A stretch of DNA of 64,000 bases from Felis catus (lineage: Eukaryota). Position 1 is the stretch's first letter, and every line of letters begins with the position of its first letter. The notes beneath the pieces are model-generated. The model worked only from the letters and a program-made list of their open reading frames with translations, was not told the origin of the DNA and ran no database searches. Of the stretch, positions 1 to 12,536 are shown piece after piece. A program made the translations under genes and the position numbers. The stretch is from positions 129,456,001-129,520,000 of the forward strand of contig NC_058375.1 of the NCBI RefSeq assembly GCF_018350175.1, written 5' to 3'.

Positions 1-384
1 CTTACCTTTTAGAACTATGCAGGCCATATTATGTTGAATAGCTCTTCTGGGGAGAGCAAGTGGGGTGATGAGTGACTTGGAAATAATTTACCAAGAACTG
101 AAATAGAAAAAAAAAAAGTACTAGACAGTTTAAATACTACATTTTAAACAAAAGACCCATGGGGTAACAGTGGGAATTTGTAAATCCCTGATAGTGACTG
201 GTTTCTTAGACGCTTCAAATTCTAAATAAAGGTTATAATCTACATATCAGTCCCCTAATCTTTTCTCTGTATGCTACATATTTTTTCTTTTGTGTCCCTC
301 ATGCTGAAAGTTAAGTTGGAAACAAATGTTATAGATAAAGGAACTAAACAACTAAAAAAATGTATATACATAGCAAAGATTAAT

Positions 385-535
385 TTCCTCTGCTAATACT
401 TACTAAGCACAGATTATGGGCCAGGAATTGGGCTAAGAGCTAGGAATTCATCAAAGAACCAGATGGACAAGATCCCAGCTTTCATTGTGTATATTCTAGT
501 GAGGGTTACAGAAAAAAAGCAGGAAAAAAATAACA
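385..535 (-). mobile_element. L2 3'-end fragment
   Basis: tacttactaagcacagattatgggccaggaattgggctaagagctagg...ttctagtgaggg resembles the reverse L2 3' terminus. Confidence 0.5.
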
Positions 536-953
536 GGGTATTAAATGGGGCTCTCACCATCTGGGAGTTTTAACTGAGTTCCTAAGACTAAGAACAGTAG
601 GTGTAATATACTCCAAATTCTAAATTGAAGTGTTAGATCTTTGAGGTTGCCTATGTAAGAGGATTGGTTGGATAGAATTGGTTCCACCATATATTGCCAA
701 AACTCACCTCCTGGCTATAAAGAGCAACAAAGAATAGAGGCCTGAAATTAACCAGTGATGGACAGGGTGTTGTTAGCAAGCAGCTCAGGGTATAAGGGAG
801 CAGATTATTTCATCCTCAGAAAGTTTAATCCTCATAAAGCAGAAGTCTGGGAGACATAGGGTCTGGTATCTTACTAGTCATGGCTGAAAGCCTCCAGCTA
901 ACTTTGAGTAACATCTGGTAGCAGGTTTCACTGGAAAGTATTTTCTATGATCT

Positions 954-1142
954 NNNNNNNNNNNNNNNNNNNNNNNNNNNNNNNNNNNNNNNNNNNNNNN
1001 NNNNNNNNNNNNNNNNNNNNNNNNNNNNNNNNNNNNNNNNNNNNNNNNNNNNNNNNNNNNNNNNNNNNNNNNNNNNNNNNNNNNNNNNNNNNNNNNNNNN
1101 NNNNNNNNNNNNNNNNNNNNNNNNNNNNNNNNNNNNNNNNNN
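954..1142. other. N-run (189 nt)
   Basis: Direct observation; abuts an MLT1 LTR fragment. Confidence 0.99.
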
Positions 1143-1305
1143 GTGGCCATCAATAAGGAAGAGGGCTCTAGCCAGACACCAAATCGGCCAGCACCATCAT
1201 CTTGGGACTTCTCAGCTTCCAAATCTGTGAAAAAGAAATATTTGGTGCTTATAAGCCATCCAATTTATGATATTTTTGTTATAGCAGCCTGAATGGACTG
1301 AGACC
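1143..1305 (+). mobile_element. MaLR LTR 3' part (MLT1-type)
   Basis: cttgggacttctcagcttccaaatctgtga...ataagccatccaatttatgatatttttgttatagcagcctgaatggactgagac is a typical MLT1 3' end. Confidence 0.8.
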
Positions 1306-1989
1306 ATCCTGTATACCCTCATTTTGGCAATACAAAGCTGAATTGTTGTCCCTGCTCCAGATATAGCCTCTGCAAAAGGGATCCGTGTATCATGTTATCT
1401 CAAAAGGAGACTGCTCAAAGGATTGAGGCTACCCTAAAATGGTTGTTTGGGGGAGGAAGCCACAAGAATCCAGGAGTGTAATCAACCAGTATCAAAAGTA
1501 TTAACTGTGTGAGAAAACTGCAGATGGGGAATCTGCAACTTGAGAAAGAATCAGTAGTTAGGCCTACAACACAGAAGGCCTGATGCCAGGTTACAATGAT
1601 TCAAGTGAATTAAGTCTTTTTATATCTCTCCTAGCTCTGCCCTTGTTCCAGTTCTGAAGACTCAGGGAGCCTACACAGTTGGGTGGGAAGAGGAAGGAAA
1701 TGCAAGGTAAGGGGAATAGTAAAGAAGCTGATGTCCCCCTCTTTGTCCAATGCAGTCTTCCCAGCCTGAGGCAGGCCCAATCTGGGAGAGCTAAAAAGCT
1801 TTCAACAGTATAAGTCAAAGAAACTAAAGTGTAGATGCTTCACTGGATTGGAATTTTAATATTTGACAGGAATAGAAGAAGCTATGGGATTATCCATTGT
1901 GGAGGATAATGAGTCAAGGGATCAAGGTTAATAGAAAGTTGTTTTCTGCTTATATATACCAAATCCGGCTCATTCAATAGTCAGGATTT

Positions 1990-3330
1990 TAGAGAACAAA
2001 TAACTTTGCAGATTGTGATCAGTGCTGTCAATGAGCTAAGCAGGTCAGGAGAGGCCTCTCTCAGGAAGTGTCTTTGAATCTGAGGCCTGAGTGATGAGAA
2101 GGAGCCAACCAAACAAAGAGATCTGGAAGAGCATTCTCACTAGAGAAAACAATGAGAATGAAGGCCATGAGGCAGAAGCTTTAATAATCCAGGCATGGAC
2201 CAAAGGACAGCATCAAAAACATCAGAGAGAAGAGGCTTGATAGTGTTGGCACTGGAGGCAGAAGCCTAATTCTGAAGTGCCTTTTAGATCTTGGTTTTGA
2301 GTTTGAAATTAATAATAAAGGCAATAAGAAACTATTAAAGGATTTGAAGGTGATCATGTTGGTATTCAAGGAACAACAACAAAGAAAGAAAACAACTCTG
2401 GTTTCTGTGAGGACAATGTATGCTGTTGGGTCAAGTTTGACATAGGGGCACCTGTTGGAAGCATTTTACCAGTTTAGTTACCACATGATGGGACCTTGGC
2501 CTAGGTATAAGTGGAGTTGAAGTGATGTGGAGAGATTTCAAATATAAGCTGTAGGAAGAACTTAGGCCACACATTGAGGGGGTCAACTAATCTTTAGTGG
2601 CTGTTATTGGTGCCCTGCGATTACCTACTTTATTGATAGATACAGCCATTCCCCAGCTGCCATGAGTGTTAGCCACTAATTGCTCACAGCTACCATCTTC
2701 TCCAGAGAATTTTCACAAGTTAAACAGTAGCTGTAGTACTCAGAAAATTATGTCCTCTAACCTCCCATTCGTGGGGATCCAGAAACCTGCCATGTACTTA
2801 TAAAAAGCCAGCCTCCTTGCCTCAAGATGAAAACAAGTTAGTGCACAATTTGCACTCCAGAGCTTCCCTGTGGGACTGTGCTGAAGCTACTCTCACTGAG
2901 CTCTTTTACCCAGCCCTCCCTTGTTTTCCTCCCCTTTTCCTGAGGGCACTCACTGAATAAGTCACTGGACTATCACTAAATCAATACCAATATAATAAAT
3001 CACCCGAGAATCCCTGTCTGAGGCTCTTCTTCTAGGGAACCAACTTGAGGGAGGATTTAATTTGGAACATGTTACTTTTGATATGAATTTGAGGCATCCC
3101 AGTAGTAATGCTAAGTGGGCAGGTTGATACATGACTCAACCTTGGAGAGATGGAGTATTTGGACATCAGTAGCATATGAATGGTATTAACAGCCAGAGCA
3201 ACAGATGAAATCTCCCAACAGGTATAATTATATAAGAGAGTCTAGGATTGCGCCCTGAGATCAACAACATTTAGAGGCAGAAAATGAAGATCCTGCAAAG
3301 AGAAAACATGATATCTTGGAATCTGAAGAA
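1990..3330 (-). mobile_element. L2 fragment interrupted by an LTR16-like element
   Basis: L2-like purine-rich reverse segments at ~1990-2570 and ~3050-3330. Confidence 0.5.
2594..3050 (+). mobile_element. LTR16-like ERVL solo LTR
   Basis: 5' tggctgttattggtgccctgc; 3' cctgagggcactcactgaataagtcact...aatccctgtctgaggctcttcttctagggaacc. Confidence 0.6.
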
Positions 3331-3606
3331 ACCGTAACTTTATAATAGGGTTCTAATAGGGTTCAACAATATAATATAATGGAAAGTATCAGACTCCCTA
3401 GTGACCACTGACTGTCTCCTTTGCTATACAACATGGAGAATATTCAAGAAATGTGATTTTCTGTTACAGAATCTTTTAATCATTGGTACCTGCAAACTGA
3501 TGCTTTTAGAGTCTTCATAATGCTAGGTAAGGTTATTTCATGTTAACTGCACAATTAACTCATGTCATCAATGAAGCTTTTTTCATTTGAATTAAGTCCC
3601 AAGTCC

Positions 3607-3762
3607 NNNNNNNNNNNNNNNNNNNNNNNNNNNNNNNNNNNNNNNNNNNNNNNNNNNNNNNNNNNNNNNNNNNNNNNNNNNNNNNNNNNNNNNNNNNNNN
3701 NNNNNNNNNNNNNNNNNNNNNNNNNNNNNNNNNNNNNNNNNNNNNNNNNNNNNNNNNNNNNN
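3607..3762. other. N-run (156 nt)
   Basis: Direct observation. Confidence 0.99.
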
Positions 3763-3855
3763 TCAGGAAGTTTTATCTATATTGGCATATTTTTAAAGGC
3801 AAATGAAAGATAAAAATATGGATTTTGTGTATTTATTTAAAGACAGATTTTTGAA

Positions 3856-3989
3856 AGTGACAGTATTTTCATCTAAATCTTCAGCACCCATTAAGTAACT
3901 TATCAGCACCCATTAAGTAACTTATTAAGTAACTTATCAGTGACAGTATTTTCATCTAAATCTTCAGCACCCATTAAGTAACTTATCAG
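3856..3989. repeat. Nested perfect tandem duplication
   Basis: ~50-nt unit (3856-3906) repeated at 3941-3989, with two internal sub-copies (3907-3924, 3925-3940) between. Confidence 0.95.
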
Positions 3990-4164
3990 GGAGCAAAGTT
4001 TATGGCAGGTCAGAGAATCACAAAATGAAGAGACAACAAGCCAAAGAGGTAGGTCTAGTAACAAAGATGCTCTGAGTTAAAGATGTCATGGACAGTTAAT
4101 CTATAAATAATTAAATTTTATACTAAGTTATAAGGAAATGAATTCTTATAAAAAAGCTCAAAGC

Positions 4165-4340
4165 TCTCAATTCTCATTTAATCTTTACTGCAATACTTTG
4201 AGCTAAGTGGTGTTTTCTTCAACTTAATGATGGCCCAAATAATCAAAAAAGCTAAGCAACTTGTTTAAGGAAGCAAAGCTACTAAATGGTATATTAAGAC
4301 TCCAATCTAGGTCCCTCTGATTCCAAGGCTCATACTTCTC
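4165..4340 (-). mobile_element. MIR
   Basis: tctcatttaatctttactgcaatactttgagctaagtgg...ctaggtccctctgattccaaggctcat. Confidence 0.65.
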
Positions 4341-5746
4341 ACATACCAAGATCAATCATGATCAATACATGTTCCAAGTTTCTTCAGTGTTGCAACAGAA
4401 ACGAAATCCAGAGATAACATTCAGTGGAAAAGTGAATTCTACATGCCTAGTCTTTGACTCTCTCCCCATGGGAACACCTCCCAGCAAGTCATGATTCACT
4501 GGTCCTTGTACTTCTTTTTGTCCCTATAATGTAAAGATGGACTCTTTTTTGTCTAAGCATGGTTTACTGAGACATATATTTTTCCAAGGAATTCACAAAA
4601 GGTGCTGGGGATGTGGGTAGGGAATGATACCAAGTGAAGGCATATAACTTTATTTATGTCTATTTGTATTCCTCTTTTGCAAAGGGTTGAAACAGATCTG
4701 GACAAAGGGGAATGGAATTCTGACCTCCAAAGCTTTATACCCAGAGATATAACAGATTGCCTGAAAAGCAGGGAATTATGTTTAAATATTAAATTGCAGA
4801 AAAGGAAAACAGGACTCTTTGAGAGTAGGGAGGCTGGATATTTGCATGAGCTTCCCCACCAATACTGAAATTGTTGGAATTAGTAAGTGTGGAAAAAAAG
4901 TGTCCATTGATACCAGAACCTTATTACCAATATCTGGTCTGGTAAGCACTGAAGAGCTACAATCCTTGGAAGCTTGGGTTATCTAACTGAGGACCCAGCT
5001 GTGGATAACACAGGTGATGCACTCTTCTTCTGCCTTGTTCCAATACAGGAATACTTGCTTCTTTTCACTACAGAGGGGCAATGATGAGGACCCCTAGACC
5101 TAGGGTGCAGGGAAAAACAGATGACATTCTCCAATACTAGAACACTCACAAATGCTAGATGCAGTAGTGGTTTTCCCAAGGAACTAAAGTGGAGGCCAAC
5201 ATTTATGAGGTTCAGTTGCTACCTGCCTGGGACTATTCCTATTAATATTAGTCTTAAGGGGCATCTGATTTCCTGTTTAACTAGCAGGTCTTCAAAATGT
5301 ATAAGACTGATTCACTGTGTTAGTCAACTCACTGCCATGTCCCCATTCCTACTTGGGGATTTACAGAAATATTTGAGTCAGGATGGTTCTAGGAAGACTG
5401 TGCTCACTGCAGATAAGCGGGGGGAAAGTTCAGAGCTAGTCAGACGCGGAAATTAACATTAAAACAATCATATCTGTACTCAGAAAAAAGATTATTTTAC
5501 ATGGGGTTATAATCAATGTCTAGTAATAGTCCCTTCACCCAAGCTTATTACAAACTAGGACAATCTTGCCTAAATTCATTCTCTACTATTTTCCTGACCA
5601 ACTTCTCATTATTATCTCAGTGAATCCACTAACTTCTGTGCTTCCATTCAAGTGATGGTTTCCTTAAAGTTTTTGCCTTATCATCCCATGCTACTAAAGG
5701 AGTTTATCTTCTAAAGCTAACTCACTATAATTTCAAAATATATCAG

Positions 5747-6058
5747 TGCACTGGGCTGAATGGTGGTCCCCACAAAGATAACACTTTACAGCAGGAGGAG
5801 ACAAAGAGAAGAAGGCCATAGGAAGGCAAAGATTGGACTTAAGCGGACACTAGCTAAGGAACACACGGAGCCAGTAGAAATTGGAAAAGGAAAGGAAAGA
5901 TTATTTTCTAGAGCCTTCAGAGAAGCCAGGAAAGCCAAGTGTTGTCAAAATCTTGATTTTAGACTTCTTGCCTCCAGAACTGTGAGACGACAAATTCTTA
6001 CTGTTGAAAGCCACCAAATTCATGGTAATTTGTCACAGTGGCCACAGGAAATAAATAA
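5747..6058 (+). mobile_element. MLT1 (MLT1B/C-like) solo LTR with internal deletion
   Basis: 5' tgcactgggctgaatggtggtcccc; 3' gacttcttgcctccagaactgtgaga...aagccaccaaattcatggtaatttgtcacagtggccacaggaa. Confidence 0.8.
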
Positions 6059-6204
6059 AACTGGTAGCAACATTGAAACTATATAATAACTATAACACAA
6101 ATGTAAAATATGGAATACAGACTCTGAGAGTCTGGTTATTGAACAAGAGGTAATGTTACTGAACATCTGCTAACATTTTGGAAGCATTTTGTGCCCAGAA
6201 CTAT

Positions 6205-6390
6205 CCACAATTTCTCTGTAATGTCAAACTTACAGAACCATATAAGGTGGGAAAGACCATCCTGATTTTACAGTTGGTGCAACTGGGGTCAAAGAGGTTA
6301 AAATTTTTTCCCAAAGACCAGTGCAAGAAAGTAAGAGAGTAAGGGTTTGTGTCCAAGTCTGTCTAACTACAAAACCTGTGCTCTAATATA
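6205..6390 (-). mobile_element. MIR
   Basis: cctgattttacagttggtgcaactggggtcaaagaggttaaa matches the MIR core. Confidence 0.6.
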
Positions 6391-7624
6391 TCATTCAGCC
6401 TGTTCCACATGGGAATCATTGATTTTAGGCCATCTCAAAATTACAGTAAGCTGGTTGTATAGCTGCAGGTAGTCTAACACAAACACTAACCACCAGAGAC
6501 TTAGTGTCATTAAAGGTACTATAATTTTCATCTTTCGGTTTTAAAATATTTCTTTGGGGAATCTTCATTCTCTTCCTAGAAAAAGGCTACAAATGAAGTA
6601 TTGGTGAGTCAGAGTTACATCCTCCTTCGCTTAATGTCTTCTGCAAGATTTTTAGAAAGCTAAAAATTACTCATGAGACTGACAGGTCACTCCTAAGTAA
6701 TTATCAAAAATTCGACAAAAATTATATTTGTTGAATATAAACTATGAGTATAGTAGGGTTAGAGTAAATTTGGCAAAGTCTGACATTTTGAAAAATTTGG
6801 GGGAGGATTCCAAAAGTTTCCATGCCTCTCATGGTCAGAAGAAGGTTATATCTGCATGAGAAATTATGCCCCAAAAAACCTCTTAGAATAACTTTAAGAA
6901 AAAGAAAATCATATTGTAACCATCCTCTAGAAGTTATTCTTAAATTGCTAATACACTCCTGGTTCTTTCCTTGGACAAAGTGAACAAACTGCTGAGATTG
7001 TGAACATTTGTTATTGTCATAGCAGAAGGTAAACTATTTTCATAAATATGCAAATATCTCCTACTGGGCTTCTATAATATTTCCAGCAACTCTGCTGCAG
7101 CGTATGTCTATTTCAAATCTGATGATATTAAAAAAGAGGAGAAAGTGCAGAGCGTGCAGCTTGGAAATATTTCTGCCCAGGAAAGCTAGCAATTAGAGCA
7201 GGGGATAGGCGAGCAGCCTGGGATAATGAACAGTACCAAGACAACCTGCTTAATTTGATCTTCCTCCAAGCCTGAGGTCGTTGTAAAGGAATGGGCTTTG
7301 TTTCTGTCAGGGAATATAGTGAAACAAGGGTGATGTCTTTATGATCTCACTGCTTATGTACTCAGAGGTTTGTATTCTAGAGAAGAAAAGTAATACTTAA
7401 TCTAAGACAAGAGCCCCTTATCACACTCTGTTTGTCTGTTTGCTTGTTGCAGTTTTGGGGACTTTCTCTTCGCCATTCTGTGAGCTTAGGGAAGTCAGGG
7501 AACCCTGAGAACAGAGCCTCAGAATGTCCACGTTCCCTGCCATGCTGTTGAAGCAAAGGAGGCTCTCCTTAAGTGTGGATTAAGTGAATGAGTGAATGAA
7601 TAAGAGGCAAAGATAGACATAATA

Positions 7625-7797
7625 ATAAGAATAAAGGTTTTGGAATCAAACAAGGCTAGGATTAAGTCCTTGCTCCACAAGCTACTTGATCCCAGAAAGG
7701 TTCATAACATGTCTGAGCCTCAATTTTCTCATCTGAAACTCACCAAGCACTGGGCCTGGCTTATATTAGGCATTTAATTCATGGTAGCTGTTATTAA
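7625..7797 (+). mobile_element. MIR
   Basis: ttttggaatcaaacaaggctaggattaagtcc...tctgagcctcaattttctcatctgaaa. Confidence 0.6.
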
Positions 7798-9164
7798 GTT
7801 CTCACGATGGTAAGCTCCATAGCTGACCTTGGGAGAGTAGGCCTAGCAAGGGATTTGTATTTTTCACAGAAAAGGTATTTTGAGCCCCCATGGTATGACA
7901 GATGCTATGCCTGGCTGTTGAGATACAGATGAAACACTAGGGTTTCTACTTTTACCACATAGTGGAGACATATATCCTTAAAATGTAAATAATAAGTATA
8001 AAATGTATTATCTATTATTATAAAAATGTTACTGTTGGTATTAAAATATGATAAATGTTTTAATAGCCATGCACAAGGATAAGTGGGAACACAGAAAAAA
8101 TGTCAGAGAAGACAGGAAGACAGGGCAACAGGGGTACTTTCATGGGGGGGTAGTTAAACTTATTAGTGATACCTGAAATTACATAATAATAATAGGAATT
8201 TTTGGAAATGGACTGATTTGAAGGTCACAGAGTATTTCAGGGATAATAGCTAATCATTGCCATGACACAAAAGCAATTATCAGTGTTCCTAGAAGGGCTG
8301 TAAAAATCTCCTTGACCCCAAATCTTTTCCCAACAGACGGTTCCCTTTCTTTTGAACACTGCCCTGTCCCCTGCAAATATCCCTGGAAAGGTAGAACACT
8401 AAGTGTCTGAGGCTGCAGTGTGCATGGGTAGTTCAGAAAGAGTTTCCCGTGGAAGAGACCTGACCCTCCAGGCAAGGCTACATAAGCATACAGCAAGGCA
8501 AGCTAAGTTCCGTAACACATTCCAATTTTCCATAAATTTGTTTATAATAGGCCTACTGAATTTACAACATTTAGAGTAATACATGTTTAAGGGGAATATT
8601 CATAGCTTCCTACAGCATTTCCAGTCTCAAAAGTTTTGGGTCTGGAGCTCTTTTAAAAGAGCTGCTGCCTTTTCTCTTTTACAGCCACATGTGGATTTGC
8701 AGGAGAGCTGGGGCAGGAGCTGGGACTTCCCAAGGCACATCTCTGTTACTTTGCACTCCCTAAACCCAACTGCCCCTTCTGATTCTGTAAATATTCAAAA
8801 GTCTCTTTTTTATGTACAGATTTGTGAATAGCTCACCCTAAAACAGCTTCAGGGGTTATAGAAAACCTGAGCGTAAACATTAGTGGCAAAGTATCTTAAC
8901 ATGATGTGAATTGGGTAGGTGCTTATTAACATAGCATGTCACCAATCCTTATCTGAATTGTATCTCCTGGGGTCCTAAAGGGTCCCTGAAAATGTTTTCA
9001 GGTGCTGCCATATGTCTTCAGGAACGAGTAGATCTCTAGGCTCCTCATCTCCATTTCAAGCAAAATGACTTGCACTTGCCTGTATCTATATTGAACTTTT
9101 AGCCAAATTTTGTTTAAAGAAACTGTTTCTGCCACTTCAAAAATTTGAGAACCTTGATCTAGAG

Positions 9165-9355
9165 AAGTGGTTCTCAAATGAGCAAGTATCCAAGTTACCT
9201 GAAGGGACTTTTTAATACACAGATTGCTCTGGCAATCAAAATTGCCCAATTTCTGATTCAGTAGCTGTGGAATGGGGCTGGAGGATATGCATTTCTAACA
9301 AGTTACAGATGACACTGACACTGCTGATCTGCTAATCGCACTTAAAGAATGAATG
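9165..9355 (+). mobile_element. MER5A-like hAT-Charlie non-autonomous element
   Basis: TIR agtggttctcaaa; ctgattcagtagctgtggaatggggctggaggatatgcatttctaacaagtt; 8-bp TSD atctagag (9157-9164) / gtctagag (9356-9363). Confidence 0.85.
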
Positions 9356-9499
9356 GTCTAGAGAGACAAAACTGGCTTGGGATGAAGGGACCCTAGGTTC
9401 CAAGCTTAGATATGTTACTAACTGGTAGTAAACATTTGAGAAATCATTCTCCCTCTCTGGGCTTCAGGTTCTAAAATCGGTAGGGATGGGGGGGGGTAT

Positions 9500-9990
9500 A
9501 CTTTTTCAGATGCTAGTGATAGAAAAACTCAGATTGGTTTACTAGCATAATGGAATTTAGTGGTTTGTGAACCTGGAAAGCCCACGTATAGTGTTTGACT
9601 TTATACATTGCTGGACACAGATTCTCAAACAATGTTGTCAGGATTCTGTGCCTCTCCATGTCTGGGTCTGTCTTCATTCTCAGACAGGCTCTCCCTCATG
9701 AAGAGAACCCTCATGAAGAGAAGCAATGCCAGACATATATTCTACTAACTTAGCATCCTTAGTATCTTTCTCAATAGTTTGGGCCAAAAGTATGAGGGCT
9801 GATGCTCATTTCTTGGAATAAGCCAATTTGGGGCTCTGTTGACCAGACCAAGGACATGTGCAAATTCATGGAATTAAAGGATAGGATAGACACAGCTCAG
9901 GCCACAGGAAAGGAAAGAAGGGGAGAGCTGATTTCATGAAGTTACACCTAGATGTTACAACCAGAAGAGCCAGTAATGGTGAGACAGTCA
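9500..9990 (-). mobile_element. Old MLT1 (J/K-like) LTR
   Basis: cagatgctagtgatagaaaaactcagattggtttactagcataatggaatttagtgg is a typical reverse MLT1 start. Confidence 0.5.
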
Positions 9991-10765
9991 AGATAACTAA
10001 GGGGTGAGTAAATCAGATTGATCTTTCTCAACATCTTTTTTTAACCTATAGACCAGCAACCAAGAACACTTTGTAAAACTTTCTTTGAAGGGTTTTATTC
10101 TTTGAAAGTCATTGCAAGTTTTTTTTTTCCTATTTTGTAATATAAAATTATGTTGACTAGTTTATGTGCTTTTCAAGTATCACTCCCTCTTACACGGTTT
10201 AATTCCCTAGATGGGATCAGGTTAGGTGTTGCCAGTGAGGGAGTGGAGGTTTGGGAGTTAGCCATACCTGAGTTGAATACCAGCAATACCACTGACTACC
10301 TTTTCCTTCCCATCTCTGTGGATATCAATACCTATCTCCTAGGGTGATGGTGGGCACCAAATTAGGTGATGTCTGCAAAGTACCTGCCCCACTCAAGAGA
10401 CTCAAAAGATAACTATTTTTATTATTACTGCTAAACTTAATGGAGGCTTTTTCGTCAAAATGGTCTAGATACCAGCTAGAAGCTTGGGGCTATTTTAGTC
10501 TACGGTCAAACAGACACAGACAGACAATTAAAGTAATCAATTTGCCAGACTCAGGTTTGGCTTTTTTTTTTTCCCCCAACTCTCAGCAAGTCCTGACACC
10601 TTTTTAATAACGTTTCTGGAGCATTTCTGGGAGTTTATAAAATAAGGTAGAAAGTAGCCTGGATGAGATGAGCACAAAAAGTGGAAAACAAAGAGAACCT
10701 GGAATCAGTGGGAAACTTCATTTTCTTTAATTAGCATATTTAAGTGAAGTTTAGAAGCTGCTCCT

Positions 10766-11097
10766 NNNNNNNNNNNNNNNNNNNNNNNNNNNNNNNNNNN
10801 NNNNNNNNNNNNNNNNNNNNNNNNNNNNNNNNNNNNNNNNNNNNNNNNNNNNNNNNNNNNNNNNNNNNNNNNNNNNNNNNNNNNNNNNNNNNNNNNNNNN
10901 NNNNNNNNNNNNNNNNNNNNNNNNNNNNNNNNNNNNNNNNNNNNNNNNNNNNNNNNNNNNNNNNNNNNNNNNNNNNNNNNNNNNNNNNNNNNNNNNNNNN
11001 NNNNNNNNNNNNNNNNNNNNNNNNNNNNNNNNNNNNNNNNNNNNNNNNNNNNNNNNNNNNNNNNNNNNNNNNNNNNNNNNNNNNNNNNNNNNNNNNN
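10766..11097. other. N-run (332 nt)
   Basis: Direct observation. Confidence 0.99.
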
Positions 11098-11603
11098 CCC
11101 AATAAAGAAACCATGTAAGACGTGTGTCTGATAATGCAAAGGAAGTCTGACATTTCCTCTGTACTTTAGTGAAACTTGCAGTAGCTTTTAGGCACATTGT
11201 CACAGCTGAATGGAGCCAGTGTGGGGCCTCTTGGGATGTGGGGTGGTTATTTGGATCAATCGTCAGACACAGAACATTTGGAAATGAGCTAGTGATTCTC
11301 TATGTTGGAATCAGCCATGCCCAAAGCGAGGCCCACTGAGACACCAGATAGCCTCCTTTGGCGACTCTCAGAGAGTTTTTGAAGAGGGCATGGCTCTTGC
11401 ATTTGGCCATATTCCCCAGGGAAAATGGGTGGGTGAGGCTGCAGTTTCTCCAATTAAAAGATTTGGTAAAAGGGCAGGGCAGTTTGTTCTCAAAATTGAG
11501 AGAGTTGAGTTAGTGGTATTTTCCAGTCAAGAATACATAATATTAGAGAATTGTTAAAGGACCATTCTAAACAGAGTCCCTCAGTTAAAGAATGAAATCA
11601 GTT

Positions 11604-12536
11604 TGAGAGGATACCAGAAGATGGTGGCGTAGGAGGACGCTGGGCTCACCGCGCATCCTGCTGATCATTTAGATTCCACCTACACCTGCCTAACTAACCC
11701 AGAAAACCACCAGAAGACTAGCAGAACGAAGTCTCCAGAGCCAAGCACAGAGGAGAGGCCCACGGAAGAGGGTAGGAAGGGCGGCGAGGCAGTGCACGCT
11801 ACACGGACTGGCGGGAGGGACCTGGGGTGGAGGGGCGGCCCACTGGCCAAGCAGAGCCCCCGAGTCTGGCTGGCAAAAGCGGAGGGGCCGTACGGAGTGT
11901 GTTCCAAGAGCAAGCGGGACTTAGCATCTGGGAGGTCATGAGTTAACAGCTCTGCTCAGAAAGCGGGAAGGCTGGAGGACAAAGGGAGGGAGAGTTGCTG
12001 AAGCCCCCGGATGACAGAGCTCAGTTTGGCGGGGAACAAAGGCGCTCACCAGCGCCATCTCCCTCGCCCATCCCCCAGCCAAAATCCCAAAGGGAACCAG
12101 TCCCTGCCAGGGAACTTGCTTGCTCCGCGCAAACACCCAACGCTGTGCTTCTGCCGAGTCAACCCTCCGGCAGTAGGTCTGACTCCCTCCCGCTGCCACA
12201 GGGCCCCTCCTGAAGTGGATCACCTAAGGAGAAGTGAGCTAAGCCTGCCCCTCCTGCCCCCGTGCAGCTTGCCTACCCAACCCAGCTAATACGCCAGATC
12301 CCCAGCACCACAAGCCTGGCAGTGTGCAAGTAGCCCAGACAGGCCACGCCAACCCACAGTGAATCCTGCCCCTAGGAGAGGGGAAGAGAAGGCACACACC
12401 AGTCTGACTGTGGCCCCAGCGGTGGGCTGGGGGCAGACATCAGGTCTGACTGCAGCTCCGCCCACCAACTCCAGTTATACACCACAACACAGGGGAAGTG
12501 CCCTGCAGGTCCGCACCACTCTAGGGACTATCCAAA
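11604..12536 (+). promoter_or_regulatory. L1 5'UTR internal promoter
   Basis: GC- and CpG-rich; YY1-like aagatggtggcg near the start (CpG-decayed AAGATGGCGGCG). Confidence 0.8.

Noticed and set aside
3856-3989. CRISPR-like repeat array
   Set aside because: There are no unique spacers, the units are nested duplicates of one another, and the context is mammalian.
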